Part shown: positions 35,165-48,337 of the stretch, in pieces
Position numbering within the stretch: the stretch's first letter is position 1
How the letters are laid out: each line of letters starts with the position of its first letter
Assembly: GCF_006345805.1 (NCBI RefSeq)
Contig: NC_042999.1
Coordinates: forward strand, 67,208,001-67,272,000
DNA: 64,000 nt
Direction of reading: 5' to 3'
Source of the DNA: Octopus sinensis
Lineage: Eukaryota
The notes under the pieces: model-generated
Seen by the model: only the letters and a program-made list of their open reading frames with translations
What the model was told of the DNA's origin: nothing
The model's database searches: none
Made by a program: the position numbers and the translations under genes

Positions 35165-38100
35165 GTGAGTAAAATTTTTCTCCAGTCATCTCATCATAGC
35201 TTTGAAGAATTCATGTGTGTGTGTGTGTGCATGTATGTGTACACATACATGCAGTTAAACCATCTAACCCATGCCTGCATGGAAAGCAGATACTAAATGA
35301 TAATGATGATGAGGATTCTTAGTTATTTATGCCCTTTGCTCTCTATGAAGCGTTGGCCAATGATAAATTTTTTCCACTTTGTTCAACTCTGGGCTATCCT
35401 TTCCTAGGTTTTGTTGCTTTAGAATTGTCATTGATGCTTCTTTTCTAGGTAGGAGTGTTAGCTGTACACAAACCTATCATTATGCCAGGGAAGAGGTGGT
35501 CCTTATTAGCTTTGTCTATCTTTTGACCTTCCTGCATGGCAGGCACTACTGGTAACTTGCACCATCTGGGTCATTGAAGCACATAGCCAACACACTCCAA
35601 CAAGGACTGGACCTTTGTGGTCAATTAATGATTCAGATATGAGACCTTTGCTATGTTATGATAATTCTTTTGAAATTAAATGTAGTAGTCAGATATGGCC
35701 TGATGTTGCCATGGGATTATATGATAGGACCTCATCAGCTATTATTCCACCTCACCAGTGCTGGTGTCATGTAAAAAGCCCCCAGATCACTATGTAAAGT
35801 GGTTGGCATTAGGGAGGGCGTTCAGCTGCAAGATCTATGCCAAACAGACCTCACCAGTACTGGTGCAGTCCTCTGGCTTGTGAGCTCCTATCAAACTGTC
35901 GAACCTTTGCCAGCATGGAAAATGGATGTTAACGATAGATGCTTGTGAATTATCATCATCGTTGTCGTTTAAAGTCTGCTTTCCATGCTAGCATGGGTTG
36001 GACGATTTTGACTGAGGGCTGGCGAACCAGATGGCTGCACCAGGCTCCAATCTTGGTTTGGCAGAGGTTCTACAGCTGCATGGCCTTCCTAACTCCAACC
36101 ACTCCGAGAATGTAGTGGGTGCTTTTTATGTGCCACCGGCACAGGGGCCGGTCAGGCAGTATTGGCAATGACCTCGCATGAATCTTTTTACACATGCCAC
36201 CAGCACAGGTGCCAGTAAGGCGATGTTGGTAACAATCGGTGACGTTGGTAAAGTATATACATCTTAGACGTACTTTTTGGAAAGATTCTGCTCTGCAGAG
36301 TACAGTTTTTTAGCTTGATGAACCGGCCATCATCAGGTGGTATCATTATTACTTCTTTACAAATTAAGTTCCCCAATTTGAATTCGGTATGGAAGTATTT
36401 GTAGATCCATGAATAGGATGCATGATGATGATCAAAAGTGTAGATATGTATGCTTGAATATTAGGCCAAATGAAAATATCAGAAATGGGTCAGCTGCTGA
36501 AACGGGCATGGTTATCATCATCATCATCATCGTTTAACGTCCGTTCTCCATGCTAGCATGGGTTGGACGGTTCGACCGGGGATCTGGGAAGCCAGAAGGC
36601 TGCACCAGGCTCCAGTCTTATCTGGCAATGTTTCTACATTGTAGTTAAGAAGGTTATGTAGTTAAGAAGGTTGCTTTGCAACTCTGTAGTTTCAGGTTCA
36701 GTCCCATTGTCCCTTTGTGAATGAGTTTGGTAGGTAGAAAGTGTATGGAAGCCGTGTTTGTGTTTGTCCCCTCTCCGCTGCATGACAACTGGTGTTGGGT
36801 TGGGTTGCTTACACATCAATTTGGTTAAACAAACGAATAGGACATAATTTACAATGGACGGATAGGTGATAACAGCAAACAAGATGAGGATACCCATCCA
36901 TCCATCGTAAATCATCATCATCATTTAACGTCCACTTTCCATGCTAGCATGGGTTGTACAATTTGGTGAACCAGACTCCAATCTGATCTGGCAGAGTTTC
37001 TACAGCTGAATGCTCTTCCTAACGCCGACCACACCGTGAGTGTAGTGGGTGCTTTTACGTGCCACCGGTACGAGGGCCAGTTTGGTGATACTGGCAACGG
37101 CCACGCCCAAATAGTGCTTTTTTATGTGTCACCTGCACAGGAGCCAGTCCAGCGGCACTGGTGACGACCTCGGTACATAATTCCTCATCCCAAAAATATA
37201 GAATAGTAAACGAATAGCATAAGTACCAAACATTTCGAAACAAGTACTGGTGTCGATTTGTTCGACATAACCCTTCAAAATGTGCCCCAGTCATTCTAAT
37301 GTTTGAAATAGATAAAATTTAAAAATTACCAACTCATCTTTCATATTTTCACATTTTAATCAAGCCTGCGAATTCTTCTTCCCGTTGAAAGTAATTTCCC
37401 ACTAAGAACCTTTTTAACATAATCATACAAAGCCATTATGTATGAAGAGATGCACGAAGTTGTGGTGGTCATACTTCTTCCTAAAGCATCAATGAAATAG
37501 CTGAAGTGAAACGAACTTTTAACTTCGGATGACAGGTGTTATTTTTTATTTTTTAATGTAATCGTATGTCAAGGGAGATAACTCTTCACCACAGCGATTT
37601 GTTATAACACTACGACGGAGAAAATACTGAATGGAATAGTTTGACTTTTATCGAAAGGGTTGATAAAATGTATCGATGAAGAGCCGTTGAACGATATGAA
37701 CGTTGGAATGGATGCATCGCAGTATTTGCGTTTTGAGTTCAAATTCAACCTCACCCCACGTGAATGGTAGATTTCATTAGTTATCTGGTGTAACACTTCC
37801 ACCTTATGGCTTCAACGCCTTTAGTGGATGGAATCTACTGTGCTGGAAGCATACGAGCCAGGTTTTCAGGTTTCCTTACCACCAACCAGTCCTGTTGGTT
37901 TTTTAAACGGGTCATGGACGATGCCTTCTTCCCTGATTAAAAGAGACAATATAAAAAAGTTAAATACAAATACAGAAGGATTTCATATAAATATTGTGAA
38001 TGAAAGCTCATCATCATCATCATCGTTTAACGTCTGACGTCCATGCTAGCATGGGTTAGACGGTTTCACTTGAGGAAAGCTCCTGTTAATCAAAATTATC

Positions 38101-38551
38101 TACACAATTTATTGGGAAAACCTTCCTCTAGGAATGTTTAAAAGCTAAAAGCAACAAACAAGAGAGACAACTCCGATATCAATCGGATAAAATTTTAGGG
38201 TAGTTGAGATTGGAGTGGATCTGATCCTTAAAACGAACTGGTGAAAACAGTGGCTATGTTTCTGTCTTATTAGACCTTTTCAATGAAGCTTATATGTGTG
38301 TGTATAGTGGTGTAGGCATGCCTGTGTGGTGTGGTTGCAACTACTTTGTTTTTGGTATCATCCCACTGCATGGTATCTTGGTTAAGTGTCTTCCTCTAGC
38401 TGGTTCCATACTGACCAATGCCTTATGAGTGAATTTGGTTGACTGGTATTGCAGGAGCTTGTCAAAATATATACCATTGTCATCATCATCATATGTCTGT
38501 TTTCCATGATGCCATGGGTTGGACAGTTTCACAGGACATGAGTTGGCAATT

Positions 38552-38720
38552 ATTTACATTAATTACATTCGGCGGATATTTGTCCTCATCTTGTTTGTTG
38601 TTAACACAGAGGCTGGAGGGTATATCAGCCGAAACGTGTTAACAACAAACAAAATGAGGACAAATATCTGTCGAATGTAAATAATATACATAGTTCCTCA
38701 TCTCTTAAATATAGAACTGT
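38552..38720. repeat. Centre-deleted foldback copy of the 283-790 family
   Basis: Shares GGCTGGAGGGTATATCAGCCGAAAC and AACAACAAACAA(G/A)ATGAGGACAAATAT; arms are inverted. Confidence 0.8.
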
Positions 38721-40493
38721 ATGAGTTAGCAAGTCTGAAGACTGCGCCAAGCTTTGCTCATTGCTTGGCATGCTTTTTACGGCTCGATGCCCTTTCTAAT
38801 GCCAACCATTTTACAGAGTGTCCTGGGTACTTTTTATGTGGCACCAGCAACAGTGAAATCATTAAATTTACAAGGCAAGACCCCTTCAGTGAATGAGGGA
38901 GTAGTACTAAGGGAGGTGATTTTGTGCCAGAGGAGAGGAGTATGAGTAGAAGGAACAGAAAGAGACATTTTGCAATGAAGAAGATACATGGCTATTTCAG
39001 TAGGATAGAGATGAGGGACATGTACATAAGTGGAACCAAGGATTGGATGGGGTGAGCAAGTGGGTAAGTATGCAAGATTGGGAGGTGGAAGACTAGGTTT
39101 GTTAGGAGGATATGTTGTGGGGACAAGATCTAAAAGGAGAGATTGGGAGTTGAAGGAGAGAGGAATACAGTAGATGGTGAGTGCCAGCATGGAGAATGGG
39201 CAGTAAATGATGATGATCATGAGGGGGTTAAAAGTATGAGAGGAGGTGGAAGAGCAGGTTCTTGTAGAAAAGTTGTATGGCTTCTCACATTTAGTAAGGA
39301 AAGGACAGAATGACGAGTAAGAGCTGTAAAGAGATAGTGGCAATGAGATGTCCAGCTGGCCCCTCAACGCATGAGGCGAATAGAATTGGGTGGAGGTGGG
39401 ATTGCAAGATTGTGTGAGGATGGAGAGGCAGCTTGCAATTATAAAAATTAGGTGTTGTTGAAAGGTGATGAGTCATGAGTTGGGGAAGATAGAGGGATGC
39501 AGAAGAGGGTCGGGGAACGGCATGACAGTAATGATGAAACAGTTGATAGGGAGAGGGTGAGTGAGAGAGATGACAAGGTCAGGTAGGCTGCAGGAACAGC
39601 AGGGTGGGGTAAACATAGTGCATGACAAGAGAGATAGTTTGGTTTAGTAATGGAGGATGATCTTTCAATTCCTGTCTACTGAATCCCGGGGCTGAGTAGT
39701 ATGATCAAAAGGGCAAATTGTTGTTGTTGTTCAGTTTTAGGCCATCTCTGATTGAGCAGGCCTGTCCTCAAAGTCACTCCAGTAGTGACCATTTTTTTTT
39801 TCAGACATTATATGTGGAAATATATTATCCAAAGTTTCCATCGTTTTGTTTTTAAAGCAAAAGTGTGAGGTTTAATTGCTATTTCTATATGCTCTCCTTT
39901 GGCATCAGCTAGTTGGACATGATTGCTAAGTTCAGTTGGAAACCAACCATTGCCAACAAATTCTAATATATTCTGAAGGTGCAGGCATGGGTGTGTGATT
40001 CAGAAGTTCTTCTCGGCCACATTTCAACCACAGGTTCAGTCCCAATGTATGGCACTTTGAGCAAGTGTCATCTCCTATAGCCCTAGGCCAACCAAAGCCT
40101 TGAAAGTGGATTTGGCAGATGAAAACTGAAAGAAGCCTATCATGTGCGTGTGTTGTATCTCTTTGTCTTTAAATTGCATGATTGTTGTAAATGGTTACCA
40201 CTGACGTACGAGCAATGTTCTGTGAAAACATGTTCGGTCATGAAGAAATGTTTATTTATTTGGAAACTATTGAGAATTGGTAACACGAAGAGTATCCAGC
40301 CATACAGTCTTCTTTAATAAGCTCCACCTGACCCATTCAGGCATAAAAAAGTGGATGCTAAAGTAATAATAATAATAATAATAATAATGATGATGATGAG
40401 TAAGGACTTCTTATTGTTGTATTTGTAGAGGAAATTTGGTTGATTTGTAGACGTTCTATTTGACTATCTTGTGTTTCATTTCTTTATTTTCAG

Positions 40494-40575
40494 ACAAACT
40501 TGCAATCGAGGGCAAAGTGATCCAACGTGCAGAATGTCGACCTGTGGCCAATGACACATACATGAAACTGAAACG
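40494..40575 (+). CDS. GTF2F2: GTF2F2 exon (DKLAIEGKVIQRAECRPVANDTYMKLKR)
   Basis: 82 nt, CAG/GTTGGT boundaries, KL..EG.V.QRAECRP signature. Confidence 0.96.
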
Positions 40576-40804
40576 GTTGGTTCCAGGTTCAATATCTATT
40601 TCATCCTGTGAAAAGACATTGGGTCGTAGTAGGGTGGAACTGAAAGATTGAATGTGACCTGTGGGTCACTTTTTCAGATGTTATTCAAAAGAAATGGTGA
40701 TATCCCATATCACATATTTACCTAACTCGTAGTGGGGACGAAGAGAAAGATTGAATGTGACCCGTGGGTCACATTTTCAGATGTTATTCAAAAGAAATGG
40801 TGAT

Positions 40805-41113
40805 CTCAGGACTTATTCTTTGGAAGCCTAGTACTTAATCTATCGGTCTCTTTTGCTGAACCACTAAGTTACGGGAACATAAACACACCAGCATCTGTTA
40901 AGCAATGTTGGGGGGGGGGACAAACATATACACACACGTACATATATATATATGTACGACGGGCTCTTTTCAGTTTCTATCTACCAAATCCACTCACAAG
41001 GCTTTGGTCAGCCCTAGGCTATAGTAGAAGATACTTGACCAAGGTGCCATGCATCGGGACTGAGCCCGGAACCATGTAGTTGGTAAGCAAGCTACTTACC
41101 ACACAGCCACTCC
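40805..41113 (-). mobile_element. tRNA-headed SINE (family A), 3'-truncated
   Basis: Match to the head and core. Confidence 0.8.
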
Positions 41114-41291
41114 TATGTTGGTTTGCGAAATTAAGATGCAAATTCCCAAGTGCTCCACAGACACACGTACTCTTAACGTAGTTCTTAGGAAGCTTCAGTG
41201 TAACACAGAATGGTCCTTTAAATTATGAGTACAACTCATTTTTGCCAGCTGAGTGGACTCGAGCAATATGAAATAAAGTGTCTTGCTCAAG

Positions 41292-42028
41292 CAGGGTTGG
41301 CCTTAAACCAATTGGATCGATTGCTCCCAATCGGGCCCCACACTCAAGGAGGCCACATCCTATACTATGAAATTTTATGATGGTGGTCTCCCTGAAGTTT
41401 AAAAAAATCTATATAGAAATGCTCTTTAAAAAAACATACTTTTTACACTTTAGTGATGCAAGATACCAAAAGATAAACCCATTCATGCAAAATTGCCTGG
41501 GTCAGCCTTGCTCGTATTTTTAGTGTAAGGGTCAGTTGTATGTATGCATGTATGTATGTGAATATTTGGGAGTGTTTATGGGTATGTTGGAGTAAAATAT
41601 TGTGTGTGTGAGAGAGTATGTATGTGATTGTTTAAGTGTATGATGAATTATTAATTTGCTTTTTATGTATATCTCTTTTAGCTTAACATCCTGCAACAGA
41701 TAAGCGTTTCTTTGGGATCTTGTTAAATTTCTTTTCAATTTTTGCCAGAATATTTTTAAAAGGTGTAGTGTAGTTTAGATGTGGTTTCGCTTACTGATGG
41801 TGAAAATTTTTGGTAAATTTATAGTTTAACACCCAACTCAATTTCAGTGGAAAATAATGCTTTTTCCTCATTTTTTTTTTTCCTTGTGCTATCAACTAAT
41901 CTAATCTCCTAATATGCTGCAAATAATTTTTTCAACAGAAATCGGAGCAGGGTGGGGTAGAGTGGACTTCGGAAATTCACCCCCTCACGTCACCCAATTG
42001 GGCCCCACACTTCCTAAGGCCGGCCCTG
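41292..42028. mobile_element. hAT-type MITE
   Basis: TIRs CAGGGTTGGCCTTA / TAAGGCCGGCCCTG with a perfect 8-bp TSD TGCTCAAG, inserted in a SINE. Confidence 0.85.
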
Positions 42029-42629
42029 TGCTCAAGGACATAATGGACTGCCAGGAATTGAACTCACAACCTTTATGATCATGAGCTGGATACCCTAACC
42101 ACAAAGCTATACACCTTCAGAAACTTACATAAATAAGCTAAGAGATTATGTATTGAAGATGCTTGCAAAAATTTTCAGTTCTCAAATATCAGATTTTTTC
42201 CCCCTACTTAATTTTGTGAATTTAATTCTCAACTTCTTGAAATTTTCTCCCTTTTACTCTGAGTATCACTCACAATTAACTACTAGATTTTTTTTTTTTT
42301 CTGCGACTAAGAGGGGAATTTTAATTGATTAAGGGTTTCATTGCATACATGATTCAGTACAGAATTCTATAATGTTCTTATAGATTTTATTGTGTTGAAT
42401 AATTTAATCTGAAACTTTACCAAATCATCATCTTTACTACTTCATCTCAACAGCAGTAGTAATAGGATGAATGGAGTGAAATTTGAATCCATGACTACTT
42501 TGTGATCAATAGTCTAGTCCTTTCACCCTACAATCTCATTAGGTTCCATTCAATGAAAAAGCTTTTAACATGCCAAGATTAAAGCCTGAGGCAAGCTTTG
42601 AACTAGGTGGCAACAGAGCAAACTCTGAT

Positions 42630-42985
42630 CAAGTTAAGACCAGGGAAAGAGACTAGCTTTGATCAAGTTGAGATTGAGGCAAGAGAAAAACTTTGTTCAA
42701 GTTGAGATTAGTGCAAAAGATAAGCTTTGATCAAGTTGAGATTAGAGCAAGAGAAAAACTTTGTTCAAGTTGAGATTAGTGCAAAAGATAAGCTTTTGTC
42801 AAGTTGAGATTAGAGCAAGAGATAATCTTTGGTCAAGTTGAGATTAGAGCAAGAGATAATCTTTGGTCAAGTTGAGATTAGAGCAAGAGATAATCTTTGG
42901 TCAAGTTGAGATTAGTGCAAAAGATAAGCTTTGATCAAGTTGAGATTAGAGCAAAAGATAATCTTTGGTCAAGTTGAAATAAAGA
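42630..42985. repeat. 34-bp minisatellite, about 11 copies
   Basis: CAAGTT recurs every 34 bp from 42630 to 42970. Confidence 0.95.
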
Positions 42986-43404
42986 GGCAGCTTTGCATTT
43001 TAATTTTCTATTTCGAAGTCATTTTTGTATGGTTAATGCTTTCAGGGTAGACATGAATGTCACAACCCCTCATTGCATCCTTAAAAATATGTCTAGTCAT
43101 AAGTTATCGACTCTATTCATAATTAACTAAAACAGTCACATGAATTTAAATTAATATACACTAGAACTTTTGACAACATATTTCACATAAAGAAGAGTTG
43201 TTTGGGCATAACTGCAGACTGCAGTTTTAAAGAGAGATTGAAGTGAAGTCACACGAGCTGTAATTTACTTGACCGTCTTCCCCAGGAATTTGAAACGTGA
43301 CGGGTATTATAGACTGAAGACAAAACATTTCCCCTATTAACTTCATCTTTGTTCACCTTTGTACACATGCAGGAAACTAGAATAAAATGTTTCTGTTTAA
43401 ACAG

Positions 43405-43501
43405 TTTACAGCTTGTCTCAAAGAATAAACCAGCACGTCAAGTGAAACAGCTGGATATGGTGGTTAACAACTATAGACCAGTAACAGAGCACTCGTTCAT
43501 G
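43405..43501 (+). CDS. GTF2F2: GTF2F2 exon (LQLVSKNKPARQVKQLDMVVNNYRPVTEHSFM)
   Basis: 97 nt, CAG/GTAAGA boundaries, KP.R..QLD.VV.NY.PV motif. Confidence 0.94.
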
Positions 43502-44450
43502 GTAAGAAACTTATTTTATTGTTGTTTTTTTTCTTTAGATTTTGTGGGTTTTTAAAAATTTTATTTGTTTGTTTTTTGTCACACTTGTATGGGTGGAGTT
43601 TTATTGTGTTTTTTCTATTTATTTGTTTGTTTTAAATCCTTTGTTTCTATAGTTGGATGCCCTTCCTTCCTACTGTATAAACTAGCCAACCATGAAGTAG
43701 TAGCAGAACCTGTTTTTCTTTTCTGTGCTTTAAAGAATTTTTAAAATTTTAATTAATCTCTACAAGCTGTGTTATTCGTATGCATTTACTTGCATTTCTC
43801 GGATGCAACAATGCAAATGCTGGAATAAGATCTTAAGCCTTACATCCATGTAGTTAGTGGCCCAGTGCCATCACCTCAGAAAACATTGCAAAGTTAAGCT
43901 CAGCTGTTGTTTGTTTTTAAGTGTAGACAAATTGAATGAAATTTGTATGGTTTACGGTTGTGTGATGATTTTATAGTCATGTGTGTGCATATGTATGCAG
44001 ATGTATTTGTGTGTTTTGAGTTTGTGGGTGAAGCAAATAATTCATCTCATCTATAAAACATCTGCAGCTGTCAGTTTGAGATGTCAGTCTAGCAGCTAAA
44101 AGAATCGACAGCTTGTATGTGTGTTGCATGTCATTGGTACTGCACAATCATCTCAACAAAGACACCTTAGCTGTCAAAGGAATAATCCACTTCTGACATA
44201 TGTTGTTGGTGTTGACAGGCCTCGAGGTCAGCTCTGATTGATCTAACAGGCTTATGATCAAGGTATTTCAGCCATGACCCTCCTGTCTATTTATATTGTA
44301 TTCGGCTTGGCTGTGTGGTAAGAAGTTTGCTTCCAAACCACATGGTTTCAGGTTCAGTCCCACTGTGTGGCACCTTGGTCAAATGTCTTTTACTGGGTCG
44401 ACCAAAGCCTTGTGTGTGGATTTGGTAGATGGAAACTGTAAGAATATTTT

Positions 44451-44481
<31 letters not shown>

Positions 44482-45112
44482 TACAGTCTCCTTGCCTTGA
44501 CATTGCATAATGGTTGTACATGAGTGTCACAGTTATGCTATTTTCTGTGAAAACATGTCCGGTCATGGGGAAATATTGTCCTTCTTGGAAACAGGTGAGG
44601 GTTGACAACTGGAAGGGCATCCAGCCATAGAAAATTTACCTTGATAAATTCCATCCAGCCTATATGAGTATGGAGAAAGCAAACAATAAAAGATTAATGA
44701 TGATTGCATATTCTTCCATTTTTATGAAAATATGGTAGAGATTGAGATTTCAAAGAGACTTAGCTGGTATTTCTAACAGGTCGAGTAACCATGTAGAGGT
44801 TATGTTATTGGCTTGTTCTGCTCAATATAGACTGCTACAGTAGAAAGATACAATTGCACTGTTGTAAGCAGGAACACTCTATAATTGATGAGTGTTTTCA
44901 CTGACTTAGTTGTTCTGAACTCTAATTGCTCTGTAGACAAAACCTTTAGTAATCTTCCATTCTGTCATAGACATGAGCTGTTTCTCAGTTTCTTGTGTCT
45001 GTGAGGCACACTGCAACATATCTTTCTCTGTTGCTTGTTCCTCATTGGATTGTGGCTCTGCCGAGGCACTCTCTTGAAAGGTTTCGGTTGAACAAATCAA
45101 TCCCAGCACATA

Positions 45113-45725
45113 CTCTTTACCCTTTTACGCTTTTACCTGTTTCACTCATTTGACTGCAGCCATGCTGGAGCACCGCCTTTAGTTGTGCAAATCGACCCCA
45201 GGACTTATTCTGTGGAAACCTGGTACTTATTCTATCAGTCTCTTTTGCTGAACCGCTAAGTTACGGGGACGTAAACACACCAACATCGGTTGTCGAGCGA
45301 TGTTGGGGGACAAACATATATACACATAAAGTTAATCCAAACATGAAAACACAAAGAGAAAACACAACAACGCATGGACGTGGAACAAGCATAGTGTTAT
45401 TGGACATTCAGGAAAGGAAAGAAAGAAGGAGGATTTAACGTTTCGAGCAGAGCTCTTTGTCAGAAACATAGGAAAAGGAAAGATCCAAGGAAGGGAAGAC
45501 GGAGGAAAAAGAAAATTGCCAACGATACACACACAGTCACATATTGAATATACATACATACATACGGCAGGCTTCTTTCAGTTTCCGTTTACCAAATCCA
45601 CTCAAGGCTTTGGTCGGCCCGAGGCTATAGTAGAAGACACTTGCCCAAGGTGCCACGCAGTGGGAATGAGCTCGGAACCATGTGGTTGGTAAGCAAGCTA
45701 CTTACCATACATCCACCCCTGCGCC
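45113..45725 (-). mobile_element. tRNA-headed SINE (family A) split by the 45331-45560 insertion
   Basis: Tail half at 45113-45330 and head half at 45560-45725. Confidence 0.8.
45331..45560 (-). mobile_element. Short insertion inside a SINE, carrying a hammerhead-like motif (third family)
   Basis: Splits the SINE at 45113-45725. The minus strand has CTGACAA-A-GAGC-TCT-GCTC-GAAACGTT. Confidence 0.6.
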
Positions 45726-48183
45726 TGTATTTATTTTTCTTTCAAGTCTGGTTCTTATTGATTTAATTTCTTTTTCTGAAAGACTAAGTTATGCAGAAGT
45801 AAACAAACCAACACCGTTTGTCAAGCAGTAAGGTGGGGGAAAACAGAAATAATGATATGCACACACACACACACACACATGTAAGTGCAAGTATCGCTGT
45901 TGGGGAAGTTTGTTTCTCAACTCAATTTATTGGTCAGCCTGGAGTTATAGTAGAAGAAACATACCCAAGCTACTGCACAGTGGGATTGAACTTAAAACTA
46001 CATGCTTGCAAAGCAAGTTTCTTAACCACAGTCATGTCTTAGCTTATGTATCAACTGCTTCATTTCTGCTGGCTAATTAATCAAATATAAGGCGGCGAGC
46101 TGGCAGAATAGTTAACACATTGGACAAAATATTTAGTTGCATTTCACCTGACTTTTATATTCTGAGTTCAAATTCCTCCAAGGTCAACTTTACCTTTCAT
46201 CTTTCTGGGGTGGGTAAAATAAGTACCGGTCGAACACTGGTGTCAATTTAATTGACTTGGCCCCTCCCCTGAATTTACTGGCCTTGTGCCAAAATTTGAA
46301 ACCATATTAAATAAACACCAGCAAAGTAATTATCTAATCAAGCAAACTTGCCTGCAGGTGACTCTCATCCTTTTGCCATTCATTTTGTTCAGACAGGGTA
46401 TCTAGGGGTACATTATCTAATCCAATGTATCCTCCCTTAAACATGATTGCAGTTTCAAGGGCATTTAAAAAACAAATTGATGTTTTAGTCCTCAAAGTGT
46501 GGCCACAGCTATCACCTTCACAGCATCTCTGAGATTAGATTTGACTCCTATTTCTAGCTGATTTTGCGACAATTTAAAAATTCCTCTCATTGGCTCATTT
46601 AGATTGTTTTTTTTTTTTTGCTATCTTGTGCTATTATATTCATCCATTTCAGTAAACAGACTTCAGAAAGTCACTGTAGATATTTTACTTTAGCTGTTGC
46701 ACTACTAACCTTGTATTGTTTAGCTAATGGGGTATCTTCTGTGTAGTAATTTGACTTCCAAAATATAGCTAATGAATGTCCACCAAATTATTCATTATTA
46801 TCTTAAAAAAAAAACCGCACATACACATTTCATAATATGGTCCTAGTTATACCGTGTCTGGAAATAAAAGAATTTGGGATGAACATAGCTTGATTTAATT
46901 ACATCTCTGTCTGGTTGGAACTGACCTGGGACCAAACGATATTTTTAATTTTTATGCTTTTGTGTTTAATGAAGCGTATGCTAATAATATGCTATTAATC
47001 TTTCCTATGATAGGAACAAGACTTGAAATTTTGGGTGAAGGGGCTGGTCAATTATTTCAACCCCAATACTAAACTGGTACTTATTTTGTTGACCCTGACA
47101 AAATGAAAGGCAGTGTCAACCTCAGCAAAATTTGTTTGAGTGTTGGGCCTCACAGATGCTAGGTGGCTGAGTTCTTTTCAAGCGGAGCTCATGGAGGCGA
47201 GGTGACTGAGTTCCTTTCGTGCATTGGGCCTCATGGAGGCAAAGTGGCTAAGCTCCTTTCGAGTGTTGGGCCTCATGGAGGCAATGACCAAGATCTTTGG
47301 CATTATGTTGTACTTGAGAAGAAGATCCATCAAGCTGAGAAAATTCGTAGTTGTGGCAGATACCAGAGTCACACAAATGGCACCTGTGCCGATGGTACGT
47401 AAAAGCACCCATTACACTCTTGGGGTGATTGGTGTTAGGAAGGGCATCCAGCCATAGGAAACCATGCGAAATCAGACTGGATCCTGGTGCAGCCTTCCAG
47501 TGTGCCAGCCCTGTCAAACAATCCAACCCATGCCAGCATGGACAACGGATGTTAAATGATGATGAATGTCACAGAACAATTAAAAAAACACGATGTTTAT
47601 TCCATCAAACAACAAAGTATCTCTTTACATTCACGTGGAAATTTCATGGAGATATGGTCCCGTACGATACCGGTGGGTTTCATTTATGTCGCATTCTCAA
47701 CGCAGCTTCATCGTCCAAACAATAACGCTGCTTTTAAAATTTTGACATTTAAATTTCTTTAAGAAATATGAATCCTAATGATGGTATCATAAGGTTGGCA
47801 GCATTGACAATTGAGCGGAAAATGGTAATTTAAAGTCTGAAACAGAAAGGAAGCGTAGAGTGTGTGTGTGCGTGTCTACATATATATAAGTCGGACAAAA
47901 TACTTTGCTAACAATTCTACTATATTAATATTCAATCTATGACTATTACTACTACTACTACTACCATCTCTGTGCTACCACCACATATGTAGAGCGACAG
48001 TTGGCCGTAAAAACTTTGCTAGAATATTTGATATTCTCCTTTGTATTAACTTGCCTAAAGGCACAGGTGTTAGTATGTTACAGCAGATGGTTATGGATGC
48101 CAAATTTGAAATCAATTCATCTACCATATATAATACAATATACATACATACACCCACACACATATATTTATATATATATATAC

Positions 48184-48337
48184 TTTATTTAAAAGCAGCA
48201 GAAATATAACAAAAGCTGCTACTCGGAGTTTCATGTTCCTGTTCGTCAGACAGTTTTGGTAACAAAACTGTTCAACGAATGGGAACGTGAAACTCCAAGT
48301 AACAGCTTTTGTTATATTTCTGCTGCTTTTAAATAAA
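48184..48337. repeat. Foldback repeat with hammerhead-like motif (second family)
   Basis: About 75-bp inverted arms; the minus arm has CTGACGA...GAAACTCCGAGTA. Confidence 0.75.

Noticed and set aside
38880-39660. Purine-rich GA/GG tract with a 177-aa antisense ORF
   Set aside because: Low-complexity composition explains the ORF; likely repeat-derived, with no supportable call.
44906-45109. Short acidic ORF (EEQATEKDMLQC...)
   Set aside because: No recognisable domain or splice support; probably a decayed TE fragment that I cannot classify.
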